Source: Octopus sinensis (lineage: Eukaryota). From it: a DNA stretch of 57,563 nucleotides. The first letter of the stretch is position 1, and the number at the start of each line of letters is the position of its first letter. The notes under the pieces are model-generated. The model did no database searches. It was given only the letters and a program-made list of their open reading frames with translations, and had not been told where the DNA came from. The position numbers were made by a program, and so were the translations under genes. Of this stretch, positions 13,090-25,369 are shown piece after piece. Location: assembly GCF_006345805.1 (NCBI RefSeq), contig NW_021833594.1, positions 1-57,563 on the forward strand, given 5' to 3'.

Positions 13090-14120
13090 TGTTATGAAAT
13101 TATAAACGGTGGAGACGTCGGGTATCGAACCCGGGTCCTATAATTATGTTTGACAATAAAGTAAATGGGAAAAATCGTTTTCATGCTGCACTGTAAGGGT
13201 GAAGTCCATTGTTGAATGGGGGAGGCTATAATTATTAGCCCCAGAAACTATGAGGAATTGGCTACACCCTGGAAAAACTTTAGAAATAAACATAATTTCG
13301 CCGCGCGCGCGCGCGCGCGAGGGAGAGAGTCTTGTGATGGTTTTGTTCTATTGGATTCTGGAAGCGGTGATTGCCTGTTTTAGTTTATGTGCTTTGTGTT
13401 AGGCATTTGTGGAATTATTTTATGCTCCAGGAATTCGCCAGAACTTTTTGCCTGTCAGTTTTAAAATCATTTGTGTCACATCTGGGTGAGTACAAAAATC
13501 TCTTAAATTATATAAAATTTATGTGAATTTTGAACCCTGAATTTTTGGCAGGTTGTGTGAGATAATTGTACGCCCAGTTTTGGTGACAGTTTTTCTGTCA
13601 GACAAGGTTCAATTGGATTCTTGAAGCTGTGATTGTCTATTTAGTTTATGCACTGTGTGCTTTGTGTTATGCATTTGTGAAATTGTTTTATGCTCCAGGA
13701 ATTCGCCAGAACTTTTTGCTTGTCAGCTAAAATATTTTCTGTGTGACATTGAAATCCAACGTTCGACATATCAAGGTTTCTACATTCCAAGGTTCGAAAT
13801 CCAAGGTTGAACAACGAATTGAAAGACAGATTTTATGAAGCCAAGGTTCAAAATCCACTGTCGAAATCCGGAGCCCGATTTTGGGGACACCAAAAGCCGG
13901 GATTGTCCGAACTTCTGAACTGTGTATATATGTTACCCTTGTAACTTTTGGCTGAACGTCTAGTGTAGCATTTACTGTTTGTTTGTAAATATATTTGTAT
14001 GTCAGCTGTTTTTAAGTTGACTATCAATATTTTACAAAACAATTCATGGGTGGCGTTGTTTTAAATTCACCTACCCACGTTGATTCTGTGAATTCGGGTT
14101 ATGGCCATCAGATCGTAACA
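13090..14120 (+). mobile_element. Putative 5' LTR of a Gypsy-type retrotransposon
   Basis: Begins TGTTA and ends TAACA directly upstream of a PBS; internal ~135-bp direct repeat (~13350-13485 / ~13612-13748). No second LTR in the window, so the left end is inferred. Confidence 0.6.
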
Positions 14121-14123
14121 AAT

Positions 14124-14147
14124 TGGGAGCTCGTCCGGGATTCGAAC
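14124..14147 (+). promoter_or_regulatory. Primer-binding site complementary to the tRNA-Pro 3' end
   Basis: TGGGAGCTCGTCCGGGATTCGAAC vs the tRNA-Pro complement TGGGGGCTCGTCCGGGATTTGAAC (2 mismatches in 24), 3 nt after ...TAACA. Confidence 0.85.
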
Positions 14148-14290
14148 AGTTGTACACACCAATTTTTTCTTAAAAAAAAAAATTTTTTTTTTTTGTAAAT
14201 TAAAGAGCCTTTTGTCAAATATTACTATTGTGATATTATTTGTAAACCTGTTCTAACTGGTGTCTTACTATATTGTAACCCACGGTAGTC

Positions 14291-15689
14291 ATGGAGTGCA
14301 CCATGGCAGAAATCTTACTGCAGAAAGATATCATTACTTTAAGGGAACTGCAGCAGTTAAACAAATACACGCTTGTAGAGGTGAATGCTAAACTTGGTTT
14401 AGAGGTATCTGCAAGTAATCTTAAACGTGTAATTTTTTCGCATGTGAAGCAGACCCTAATGTTGAGGGTAAAATGTCTGCCAACAGTGATGAGACAAACT
14501 CTGATTCAGCCGCTCCTCAATTATCAGCTAGTGAAAGAATGATGAACTTGAAAAGTTAGGACTGTAAATTACTTTAGAACAGGTAAAATGTGCCGCCGGT
14601 AGAGAGAAGCAGGCGCATGAACTTCAAGTGTTAGAAATAAAATTAAAAGCGAACCAAATTGATTCCGAGTCTAAAGAGGCTGACGTTGCTACTCCATCTA
14701 AACGCTTTAACATTGCCAGTGATAGTAGATTTGTCCCTAGATTCCACGATGGGGATTTGGATAATTATTTCTTAGCTTTTGAGAAAACTGCTGAGTTATT
14801 GAAATGGCCGAAAAATAAGTGGTCAATACTACTCCAAACTTAACTTATTGGGAAAGGTTTAGAGTTCTATTGTGCGATGAGTGTAGCTGATTGCAAAGAT
14901 TATGACTTCACATATTTTTTACATTCCAAGGTGAAACAGAAGATAGATTGTCCTGAATAAGTAGCTGAAGTGTACTGGCAAAAGTTTAAGCAAGCTTGGA
15001 AAAATTCCTCTGACCCTTACATAGACTTCGCTAGGGGGGAAAAAAAGTCATGTGGGGTAAGTGGCTTAGGTCTAAAAAAGTTGATACTTTTGGTCAGTTC
15101 CTGGGCTTTACAGGCTTCCGGGTGCGACCCATAACATTTTTGTTTGTGTTTTTCTTTGATTTAGTTTCATTTTAAATCAAAGTTCTATTTAAAGGAAAAT
15201 TCAAACGATATATAAAATACATATTATTTAAGTAAATTTTTAATATTTATATCATGCGAACTTATGTAACATTTTTGTCTTTTGTTTGTCCTGTATTGTC
15301 CCATTTTATGTAAGATCACCATGATCGTAATTTTGGTCAGGTTAATACTTTAGCTGAAGCGGCAAAACTTGCCGATGAGTATGAATCGATTCACAGCAAG
15401 CGTCAAACAAAGAATGAAAAAAAAAAAAAGTTTATCAAGTCAGATGGTTGTTACTCATAAAACAGAAGTAGCTCAGAAGCAGAAGATGGCTCAATATAGT
15501 GCTTCTTCTAAATCCTGCCATTACTGTAAGACTCCTGGACACTTGATTGCTGATTGTAGAAAGTTAAAGGCTAAGGAAGCAGCTCAAGCAGGTCTGTACA
15601 GGGATCGAGCTGTTTCTGAAGCAGCTTTTAAGTGTTGTGATTTGTCAAATGTTGTAGGTTCTGTAGTGGTAGCTGTACCATCAGGTTAA
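14291..15689 (+). pseudogene. Disrupted gag of a Gypsy (Gmr1-like) LTR retrotransposon; truncated before pol
   Basis: Coiled-coil segment, FVPRFHDGDLDNYFLAFEKTAELLKWPKNKWSILLQ, AEAAKLADEY and CCHC knuckle CHYCKTPGHLIADC, with stops and frameshifts; ends in (TA)n at ~15690. Confidence 0.8.
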
Positions 15690-15713
15690 ATATATATATA
15701 TATACATATATAC

Positions 15714-15751
<38 letters not shown>

Positions 15752-15859
15752 TATTATATATATATATGCATATATATACATTTATATATATATATATATA
15801 TATATATATGCATATATATACATTTATATATATATATATAGATATATATATTTCGTTTC

Positions 15860-15970
15860 TTTTCTTCTTCTTCTCTAAGTAGAAGACACTTGCCCAAGGA
15901 GCCACACAGTGGGACTGAACCAGGAACCATGTGGTTCGTAAGCAAGCTACTTACCACACAGCCACGCATA
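15860..15970 (-). mobile_element. SINE family A head fragment
   Basis: A/B boxes and CORE-like start. Confidence 0.7.
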
Positions 15971-16036
15971 TAGCCACTAAAATAGTCATTAAACAGCTGT
16001 CGAATCGTATTCCCTCTTCCTTTTGACTATTCTTTC

Positions 16037-16079
<43 letters not shown>

Positions 16080-16899
16080 CATACATACATGTGAGTGTAT
16101 GTATGTACGCATGGTCGTTTGTCTGTCCAGCCATCGTTTGACAATTGGTGCTGGTCTGTTTACATCCCGTAACCTAGCGATTCAGCAGAATAAACTGAAA
16201 AGATGAGTACCACACTTTATAATATGTGTCGATATCGATTTGATAGACAAGTATTCTCTACCACCGACATAACAATAATTTTTCTTAATTACTTATCACC
16301 AACACACTATTCATGTGTGCGTATGCTTCTTATGTATTCGAAAACTGAGTTGCCTATTTTGACGTATGAAGTATCAAAAGATTCAGTAATCTTTCGGCTA
16401 CCAAATAAAGCAAATTTCTTGTACAACATTTGTTTTTACTACTAAGATAATCTCAAAACCGAGGTCGGGTCGCACAATTTTGAGGTCTTTAGCTAAGGGA
16501 GGCAACTCTGCCTGAATAATCTGTCTTACATGGAGAATAATGAGAAAATGTTAAAAATACATGGGCTTTTACCATGGAATGAAACTTCGAAGATATACCG
16601 TGAACTTTAATAGTATTATTTAGTAGATAACCTTTTAATGTGAAGTATGTTTGTGTTTTTTTAACCCCACGTTGCCTTTGATGTAGCAAACCCATCGCAT
16701 AGTTTTTTCTTTCTTTCTGAAATACTGTAAGTCTGTCTTTTGAAAAGTGCTCTAGAAGAGAGATTTGGCTACTACTTGTAGTAACTCAAGTTACCACAGA
16801 CACACCTTTTTTGTGTGTGTGTTTTGTTGTGGGGAAAAAATATTTTTTCTCAATATTTCGTACTATTTTTTTAAAATCTGGACATCTTTCTTACTGATA

Positions 16900-17550
16900 A
16901 CTAATCAACTTCAAATTGCAATTGAATACTCAACTTCGCACTTATCAGAAGGAACTGATGGTCCTCGTAATACAAAGCCCTGAAATTGAAATAGTGGGTG
17001 ATTTTTGAATCCTGCACTTTTCAAGTATTGGAAGATTTGCTTCTGGTGAGAATGCCTGAAATTGAAGTTTGACTTGCCTTTCATCATTTCAAATCGTGTG
17101 GTACACATTTATCGATTTCCCGATCGCATGCAAATGGTTGCAGGCAGTTTTCTGGCTAACTTTTGCCAGTTCTCAAGTGGGTTTCCGTGGATCTTTCTTT
17201 GATTGACCGTCATCGATCTTCAGGGCTCAGGTCTCCACTGCGAAATCATTTAAACCATTTTCGAGCAGACCAAATGTTTCGTTGATATCGCGGTCAGTTT
17301 CAGCTGCTTTACGTCCTCTTTTTTGAAGTTGAATAGCAAAATTGCTCGAATATCGCACTTTGACATTTCCATTTCAGTTGACTGTGGCAACAGTGAAAAA
17401 ATTATTAGTGTTAATTTATTGATACATTTGGGCAAGTTCTTAGTCTGTATCATCAGACAACTGCGAACAAATGTTTAAAAAAATTCAAAACTCTGCAAAA
17501 CTCCGGTGCAAATTCTTCATGGCTGAAGACGTTGCTTACTTTTACTCAAC
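16900..17550 (-). mobile_element. Degraded mariner element (5' part)
   Basis: MEMSKCDIRAILLFNFKK...AETDRDINETFG-like N-terminus across frameshifts; GGTTGAGTAAAAGTAAGC terminal motif near 17550. Confidence 0.55.
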
Positions 17551-17589
17551 CACATATATATATTATATATTATATATATATAATTATAT

Positions 17590-17760
17590 ATATAATAAAG
17601 GGCTTCTTTCAGTTTTCGTCTACATAATTCACTCACAACGTATTGGTCGACCCGGAGCTACAGAAGAAGACATTAGTCCGAGGTGCTACACAATGAGACT
17701 GAGCCGGAAACCATGTGGCTACAAAGTCAGCATTGCAACCGTATAGCTATACCTGCACCT
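17590..17760 (-). mobile_element. SINE family A, diverged 5' half
   Basis: Recognisable head/CORE remnants. Confidence 0.55.
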
Positions 17761-18319
17761 ACAAACGAAGAGTAAATTGTTATAGGTTTCCCTTCCTTTT
17801 AAAGACGTAAGCTGTGATATTTAAAGGAATTCAACTGCTATTTCCAGCAGCAATTCGAACCACTACGTAAAACCTCCCTCGCTGCACCGACGATTACCAA
17901 CAGATTCAATATGTTGGTTTGATATTTATTAAACTATAAATGCTATGACTAATGGATTAAGCGTCTTAAATCCTCTGCAGTTGCTCACAGCACTGACTGG
18001 GTATTAACATTTTCCTTTTATTATTTTAACTATAATACCCCTTATCATCGTATTAACACCTTCAGGGATTTTGGAGATATTTATCATACTCAATATATAA
18101 ATTATATCAGTTATAAATATTCTATAATACGGCTTCAACCATTTCGGAATCTTAACTGCTTCATGGAATGTTCCTATACTTTTATAGTAATATATATTCA
18201 ATGAAGATTTTATGCATTTCAAATCATAATTTTCTTGTCAACGTTTTATGGTTAACTTTTCTCAAAGATTTTTGAGTTTGGGAGGTTTTCCAGGAAAAAT
18301 ACAAATAACAGTAATTACG

Positions 18320-19135
18320 ATGCTTTCTATTCAAGGTACAAGCCCTGAACTTTGGTAATCGACTCCAGTATTTCACTCGGACTTAATCGATCGACCCCGA
18401 AAGGATGAAATTCGAAGTCGATGTCAGCGGATTTTGAACTCAAGAATGGAAAATGGACGAAAAGCCACTAAGCATTTTTCCGGCGTGCCAACAATTCTGC
18501 CAGTTCACCGTCTTTTTAGCAATAATAATAATAATAATAATCCTTTCTGCTATTGGCACAAAGCCTGAAATTTGGTGACAAGAGGCCAGTCGATTAGATC
18601 GACCCCAGTACACAACTGGTACTCAATTTATCGACCTCGAAAGGATGAAAGGTAAAGTCGACCTCGGCGGAATTTGAACTCAGAACGTAGCGGCAGACGA
18701 AATACCTATTTCTTTACTACCCACAAGGAGTTAAACACAGAGGAGACAAACAAGGACAGACAGATGAATTAAGTCAATTATATCGATCCCAGTACGTAAC
18801 TGGTACTTAATTTATCGACCTCGAAAGGATGAAAGGCAAAGTCGACCTTGGCGGAATTTGAACTCAGAACGTAGCAGCAGACGAAATACCTATTTCTTTA
18901 CTACCCACAAGGAGCTAAACACAGTGAGGACAAACAAGGACAGACAAACGGATTAAGTCGATTATATCGACCCCAGTGCGTAACTGGTACTTAATTTATC
19001 GACCCCGAAAGGATGAAAGGCAAAGTCGACCTTGGCGGAATTTGAACTCAGAATATAACGGCAGACGAAATACTGTTGAGCATTTCGCCCGACGTGCTAA
19101 CATTTCTGCCAGCTCACCGCCTTCGAAAGGATTAT
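18320..19135 (-). mobile_element. SINE family B cluster including a head-to-tail trimer (184-bp period)
   Basis: One head (~19070-19125) followed by three body units; junctions AAAGAAATA|GGTATTTCGTCT at 18890/18891 and 18706/18707; the last unit carries the alternative (ATT)n tail. Confidence 0.85.
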
Positions 19136-19204
19136 TATTATTTCTTTATTGCCCACGTGGGGCTAAACATAGAGGGGGCAAACAAGGACAAATAAAAGGA
19201 TTAT

Positions 19205-19900
19205 TATTATTACTGCTGGCAGAATCGTTAGCGCACCGAACAAAATGCTTAGAGGCATTTCGTCTGTTTGCATGTTCAAATTCCGCTGACGTCGACTTTG
19301 CCTTTCATCCTTTCGGGAGTCGATAGATTATGTACCAGTGAAACGCTGGGTCGATGTACAGTAACCCCTCGCCATATCGCGATCCACCTATCGCGGTTTG
19401 TTATTTAAGCTTACGTCGATTCCTCCGTGGTGGCGTTATGCATTTATAATCAAACAATTATATACAAATTATAAAAATAATGATTAAAAAAATAGACTGT
19501 ACAGTACTCTTTCTACCGCGCGGATTTTCACCTATCGCGGGGCTTTTGGAACGTAAAACCCGCGATAGTCGAGGGATTTTTGTAATCGACTGGTACCCTC
19601 GCTACAAAAATTCAGGCTTTGTGCCTTTAGTAGAAATTATTATTATTATTATTATTATTATTATTTTTATTGCTGCTTTCAACATAAAACAGATCTAAAA
19701 TGAAGCAAGGCAAAATAGTCATTTTTTTTCCGTTACGTTCTGAGTTCAAATTCCGCCGAGATCAACTTTATCTTTTATCCTTTCGGGGTTGGTAAATTTA
19801 GTACCAGTTGTGTACTGGGGTAGATCTAATCGACTGGCCTCTTCCCACCAGATTTCAGGTTTTGTGCCAATAGTAGAAAGGATTATTATTATCATTATTA
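19205..19900 (+). mobile_element. SINE family B copies with (ATT)n tail; first copy interrupted by a MITE
   Basis: Family B body at 19205-19660 and 19720-19900. Confidence 0.75.
19359..19582. mobile_element. Tigger/pogo-like MITE nested in a SINE, TA target duplication
   Basis: Imperfect TIRs CAGTAACCCCTCGCCATATCGCG / CGCGATAGTCGAGGGATTTTTG; splits the SINE motif GTCGATG-TA-ATCGAC with TA on both sides. Confidence 0.8.
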
Positions 19901-20159
19901 TTTTTTTGTCTTTAGCATGTTTCAATATTATAATCGTTTATTAGTATATAAACCAAGCCAGACCCAAATCCTTGATATTTTAAGGAGCCGCAGCAAAAGA
20001 AGTAAGACACAAGTCAATTAGAAATAAAATTAATTTATAGAGTGACGACCGTTGAGGGCCGCTGGTGGGATACTTGAGGGCTGCATGCGACCCTGGTTGC
20101 TGACGTGCGGCAACCATTGATTTAAACTAAAGTATGGTACGTATTTTTGTAATTTTTGC

Positions 20160-20515
20160 TAAGCGCAGGCGTACGTTCCAACCATATGGTTTCGGGTTCA
20201 GTCCCACTACGTGACACCTTGAGCAAGTGTCATAGCCTCGGCCTTGCTAGTAGATATTTCGTAGAGGGAAACTGAAAGAAGCCCGTCGTATGTGTGTATG
20301 TATATATGTGTGCGTGCATGTGTGTGCATGTGTGTCCTTGCGTCTATGCATGTCCACCACCACCGCTTGACTACCGGTGTTAGTGTGTTTACGTCCTTAT
20401 AATAGAGTAAGTACTAGGCTTAAAAAACAATAAGTATTCGACTAAATCTTCTTCTTGGCGGTGCTCTAACATGGCCGTAGTCTAATCACTGAAACAAGGA
20501 ACAGATAAAAGATAT
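20160..20515 (+). mobile_element. SINE family A, diverged
   Basis: Head, CORE-like segment and AAAAGAT tail. Confidence 0.7.
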
Positions 20516-20632
20516 ATATATATATATATATCAGTAATAATATAGGGTGAAATTAATTAATTTGGAATAATCATTAATTTCACCAAGTAGATTTCGGCAT
20601 GTAAAAGCCTCATTCGAGGAAAGTTTAAATAA

Positions 20633-20712
20633 TACTAAGTAATTAAGGGTTTAGCAACGATTTGCCTCACTGTGGTGAGGCAAATCGTTGCTAAACCCTT
20701 AATTACTTAGTA
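20633..20712. repeat. Perfect palindrome: 38-bp arms, 4-nt loop, beside a Penelope-like end
   Basis: TACTAAGTAATTAAGGGTTTAGCAACGATTTGCCTCAC-TGTG-reverse complement; a degenerate hammerhead-like CGAATGA-GGC..GCC-GAAA on the - strand at ~20580-20620. Confidence 0.85.
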
Positions 20713-21029
20713 CTATATATATATATATATCCACACACACACACACACACATACATATATACATGACTTAGGTTTCGACCAAAGATTGGTCCAGGCCATG
20801 TCTAACTAAATAGCACCACCTGATAAGATTAGCTAAATCCTTTTTAGAATCCTGGTCCATTCGAGAAGGGATATATACAGAGCTGCTTATACACATCCAC
20901 TTATGCACATTTATACACATTCATACATACGCATAAATACACACAGGCACAAACACACACACACACATACATCTGCTGATGCGCATATATCATATACTTA
21001 CGTATAGCTTATAGATATATATATATGTA

Positions 21030-21125
21030 TACAAAGAATAAGTCCCGGGGTCGAGTTGCTCGATTAAAGGCGGTGCTCCAGTATGGCCGCAGTCAAATGA
21101 CTGAAACAAGTAAAAGAGTAAAGAG
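21030..21125 (+). mobile_element. SINE family A 3' end
   Basis: AAAGAATAAGTCCCGGGGTCGA...AAAAGAGTAAAGAG. Confidence 0.8.
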
Positions 21126-21199
<74 letters not shown>

Positions 21200-21773
21200 T
21201 ACATACGTACGTATGTATGTACGTATCTGTTTCTCTGTACAAAAACTACTATAGTGATAAACTAGGAATGATAATACAACAAAACCAATTAATTTTTTTC
21301 AATATGTATATATTTCAAAAATGTTTAAGAAAACTAAATACAGAGAATAAGTGGCTAGAATCAATTTCCTTTGGTATTAGTGAAGATATAACTGCTTCTA
21401 GTAGCCTAAGACAAATCATATGCCAAAAAATTCTATCCAAATATCATTACTATTCTTGAGAAAGGCATGATTGTTACAAATTCCTGCAAATATAAAATAG
21501 ACATTTTAAACATTTGGAATCTATTGACAGGAATATTTGAAGAATTTACATCGATTAGGACATTTGTGCAATTTACCAATAATGGAGGATATATGGAAGT
21601 TCATTGATTGAAAATGTTGGAATATGGTTGTGCTAATTCGTCGTAGAATCATGAATTTGTGTTTGTTTTTTTTTCAGTTTATAGTCAGTTTTTTCAACTT
21701 TACAAAAAGTTATCAAAATATCAATGATACGGCATATATATAATATCATTAGTATATGTGTGTGTGTATACAG

Positions 21774-21815
<42 letters not shown>

Positions 21816-22823
21816 GCACATATATACACACACACACATATATATAAACATATATACACATATCTATGTATATACATATATGAATACATAAATATGTGTA
21901 TCTATATATCTCAATATATAAATGTATATCTATTTACACACACACACACACACACACACATGCATGCATATATATAATATATATATATATATATATTTAA
22001 TATATATTATATATATAACAACACACACATACATGTTTGTGTATGTGTGTAGGTGTGACCGCGCACGTGTATGATTATACAGTTATATCGTATACACATA
22101 GGTATGCATTCACGTATACCCTTACGCATGCACACATGCATACACACATACATACATATTAATAGTATAGAGTGCACGGTGCCATGGAACTTAATTTTTT
22201 ATCAAAGGATCGAATTTTGTTGAACTAACATTCGAGACATGGACACTAAACGACATGCTTATTGACAAATTAACAATTCTTTTCTTGTCATGTTTTAAAG
22301 AATGCTTACCAAATTCTAAAAACAAATACAAGAGCGTCAAAAAAGAAAAGGCCTACATTTTACACCACTTTGGTTTGGCGCTAATAAAGTTAAGCAACGA
22401 ATAAAAGAGACTTTCTGTCTCACTGTTTTGTCAACAATTACTGTCATAGTTTTGCCTAGTTTTGATTATTCATCTTCAGTTGGAAAGTTTGTCGGGCTTT
22501 ACGTCGTTTTTCTTTGAGGTGATGGGGTACCTTGTTTCTTATTTTTGTATTCCCTGTTTCTTATTTAAACACAAGGCCAGCAATTTTAATGGGAAGAGTT
22601 AGACCTTTCACAAAGCATTCTTCCTACGAACCCACGAAGGGCAATTGTAAATATATACTGGCAATAATGTTAGCGGGCCCCAAAGATAAAAACATTTCAT
22701 TTTACCTGGTATATATATATATATGGAAAGAAGTGTATTTCAACGCGGGAAAATATATAGGTGAATTTGTTTGGGGTTTTGAAAGGGCACTTGAATCTCA
22801 AAACGTGTAGTCGTTCTCAAATT

Positions 22824-23070
22824 TTGTAATAGATCTATTCAAATACCAAACCGGTTTCGACAATGGTTTTGCTTATCAATGGTACAAATATATAAATAAA
22901 GGGTTTAGAAGGTAAAAACAAATGACCGAGCCCCTACCACCGCTCCGCTCGGTTGACTTCCTTGTAGGGACTCAGTCACTTGCTTTTAACCTCTTAAACC
23001 CTTTATTTGTATATTTGTACCATTGATAAGCAAAACAATTGTCGAAACTGGTTTGGTATTTGAAGAAATC
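22824..23070. mobile_element. Fold-back element with degenerate hammerhead cores in both arms
   Basis: ~95-bp inverted arms; TACCA-TTGATAA-...-GAAAC(C/T)GGTT-TGGTA (stem I TACCA/TGGTA intact; core mutated identically in both arms). Confidence 0.65.
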
Positions 23071-23469
23071 AATTACAAAATATGAAAATGACTGTTTTGA
23101 GATTGAGGGGCATTTTCAAATCTGAAAACAAATTTATATATATATGATGTCTAATCAAAACGTATAGGAAGTGTTGCTACTATTGTAACAGAGGTAAAGT
23201 ACGCAGAATGAAGTCGCTTGGTACTAATTGATCTTGAACCCTGTCGGAAGTTCTTTTGCATTGTTTTATTTGCACGATCCCTAACTCTACGCAAATCTCG
23301 AAGGTGCCACCGATATACGAAGTCCCCAGTCTCATCGTTAAAGGCACGAAACTGATGAAGCATTAGTGTCTTTGAGTCTGACTTGCGTCTACGTTTTGTA
23401 GTATTTATTGCATTTTCATTCATGAAATAACTGAACGCCACGCATCCCGAATTTTGCTAACAGCAATAT

Positions 23470-23850
23470 ATGTGGTAAGTAGCTTGCTTACCAACCACAT
23501 GGTTCCGGGTTCATTCCCACTGCGTGGCAACTTCGGTAAATGTCTCCTACTATAGCCTCGAGCCGACCAAAGCCTTGTGAGTGGATTTGGTAGACAGAAA
23601 CTGAAGGAAGCCCGTCGTATTTATATTATATATATATTATATTATATATATATATAATTTTGTATGTTGTTGCGTGTTTGCCTTTGTACTTGTTCCCCAT
23701 CGCTGCTTGACAACCGGTGCTGGTTTGTTTATGTCCCCCATAACTTAACAGGTCGGCACAATAGACTAATAGAATAAGCGTCAGTCCTCAAAAATGAATA
23801 CTAGGGTCGATCCGTTTCGCTAAAAACCCTTGAAGGTAGGATTCCAGTAT
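23470..23850 (+). mobile_element. SINE family A, diverged
   Basis: Family motifs. Confidence 0.7.
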
Positions 23851-23938
23851 GACCTCAGGTTATGTCATGCTGATGTTTTCTAAACAGAATGAAATGATGC
23901 TACACTTGAATACCTACATTTAGAAATTTTACGATCTT

Positions 23939-23977
<39 letters not shown>

Positions 23978-24939
23978 CTTTATTCTTTAATTTCAGAATT
24001 AACTTTTAAATCCGCCAGATATTATGAAGGTATGATTATCTCCCTTGTAATGTCTGCTAAGAGACACTGGTATAAGCCTTACAATTAATATCATAACGCT
24101 TATTCTAGTAATACAACATTGATCTGCGTAATATTGTAATACTTATACCACCACACCGTAGTGTTTCTATCAACGTGATATTGTTTCCACCAATAATATA
24201 TTCTATTTTTACCAGTAATGTAGTAGTAGCAGCAGCAGTATTATTATTATTGTTAGTAGTAGTAGTAGTAATCTATACTTGGAGAGGTTGCTAGTCTACC
24301 TCGGGTAAATTTTTTTTAAAGGATTCTCAACGAAGTATGAAGCATAGAATTAAGTGAAATGCTGAGATAGACGACGCAAAGACTCAGTCAAGATTTGAAC
24401 CTAGGACAGATAGTGGCTCATATTTTTAAAATGCTGCATATAATACACGTCGTATATCAACAGAACACACAGACAGAAATTTACTTTAAAAAAAACAAAG
24501 AGGATTTAAGTGAACCTCATCATCATTGTTTAACGTATACTTTTGCATGCTTGCATGGTTTAGAAAAGATTAGCAGGTGTCAGAGATTTCTGCAGCCGAG
24601 TGCCTTTACTGTCACCAGGCCTCACTTGTTTCCAAGTCAAGTAGTGATTTCTCAATCTATCAAACAACAAACAGCCTGGAAATGTTTACGCAGTGAAGTA
24701 GAAACAACGACACCGTCAGGAAACTATCGTTTACAAATCAGCGAACTCCCTAAAATTCCATACTCATTCACGCACATAACAATACATTTATTTATAAGAA
24801 TCGGTGAAATTAATGCATGCAAGATTTCACAGGTCTAGCATCACTCCTTCATAGTCAGCCGATGAACTTCTCAGGCCACCAATATATCTAATGTTATAAA
24901 GGCTATTCGCTCCGAGAATAGTTAATATACTGGACAAAA

Positions 24940-25320
24940 TGCTTTGCAGCAATTCGTCAAATTCCGCCGAAGTTGACTTTACCTTTCATCATTTCGGGGT
25001 CGATAAAATTAATACCAGTTATGCACTGAGATCAATGTAACCGACTTATCCCTCCCCCGAAATTGCTGGCCTTGTGCCAAAATTTGAAACCAATATTTTA
25101 AAGACGATTAAGACGGCAAGCTGGCTGAATCGTTAGCACGCCATGCAAAATGCTTAGCCGTGGTCCGCCTTTATGTTCTGAGTTCAAATTCTGCCGAGCT
25201 CGACACTGCTTTTCATCCTTTGGCGATCGATAAAATAAGCACCAGTTAAGCAGAAGTGTCGATGTAATTGACTTACTTTCTCCCCCAAAATTGCGGGCCT
25301 TGTATCAAAATTGCAAATCA
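24940..25320 (+). mobile_element. Two diverged SINE family B copies
   Basis: Family B body motifs at 24940-25090 and 25110-25320. Confidence 0.65.
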
Positions 25321-25369
25321 ACATTATCATAAATCATTTAGAATATTCTAAAAATTTTGTAATTTAAGG

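Noticed and set aside
18700-18890. HDV-like, twister or hammerhead ribozyme inside the SINE B unit
   Set aside because: P1-like pairing exists but I could not place P3/L3/J4-2 or any other known core; left as an open hypothesis.
22452-22480. Minus-strand CTGAAGA-TGA-ATAA-TCA-AAACTAGGC hammerhead-like string
   Set aside because: G12 is missing, the cleavage triplet is broken and there is no stem I; too degenerate to call.
23352-23358. CTGATGA
   Set aside because: No stem II or GAAA downstream.
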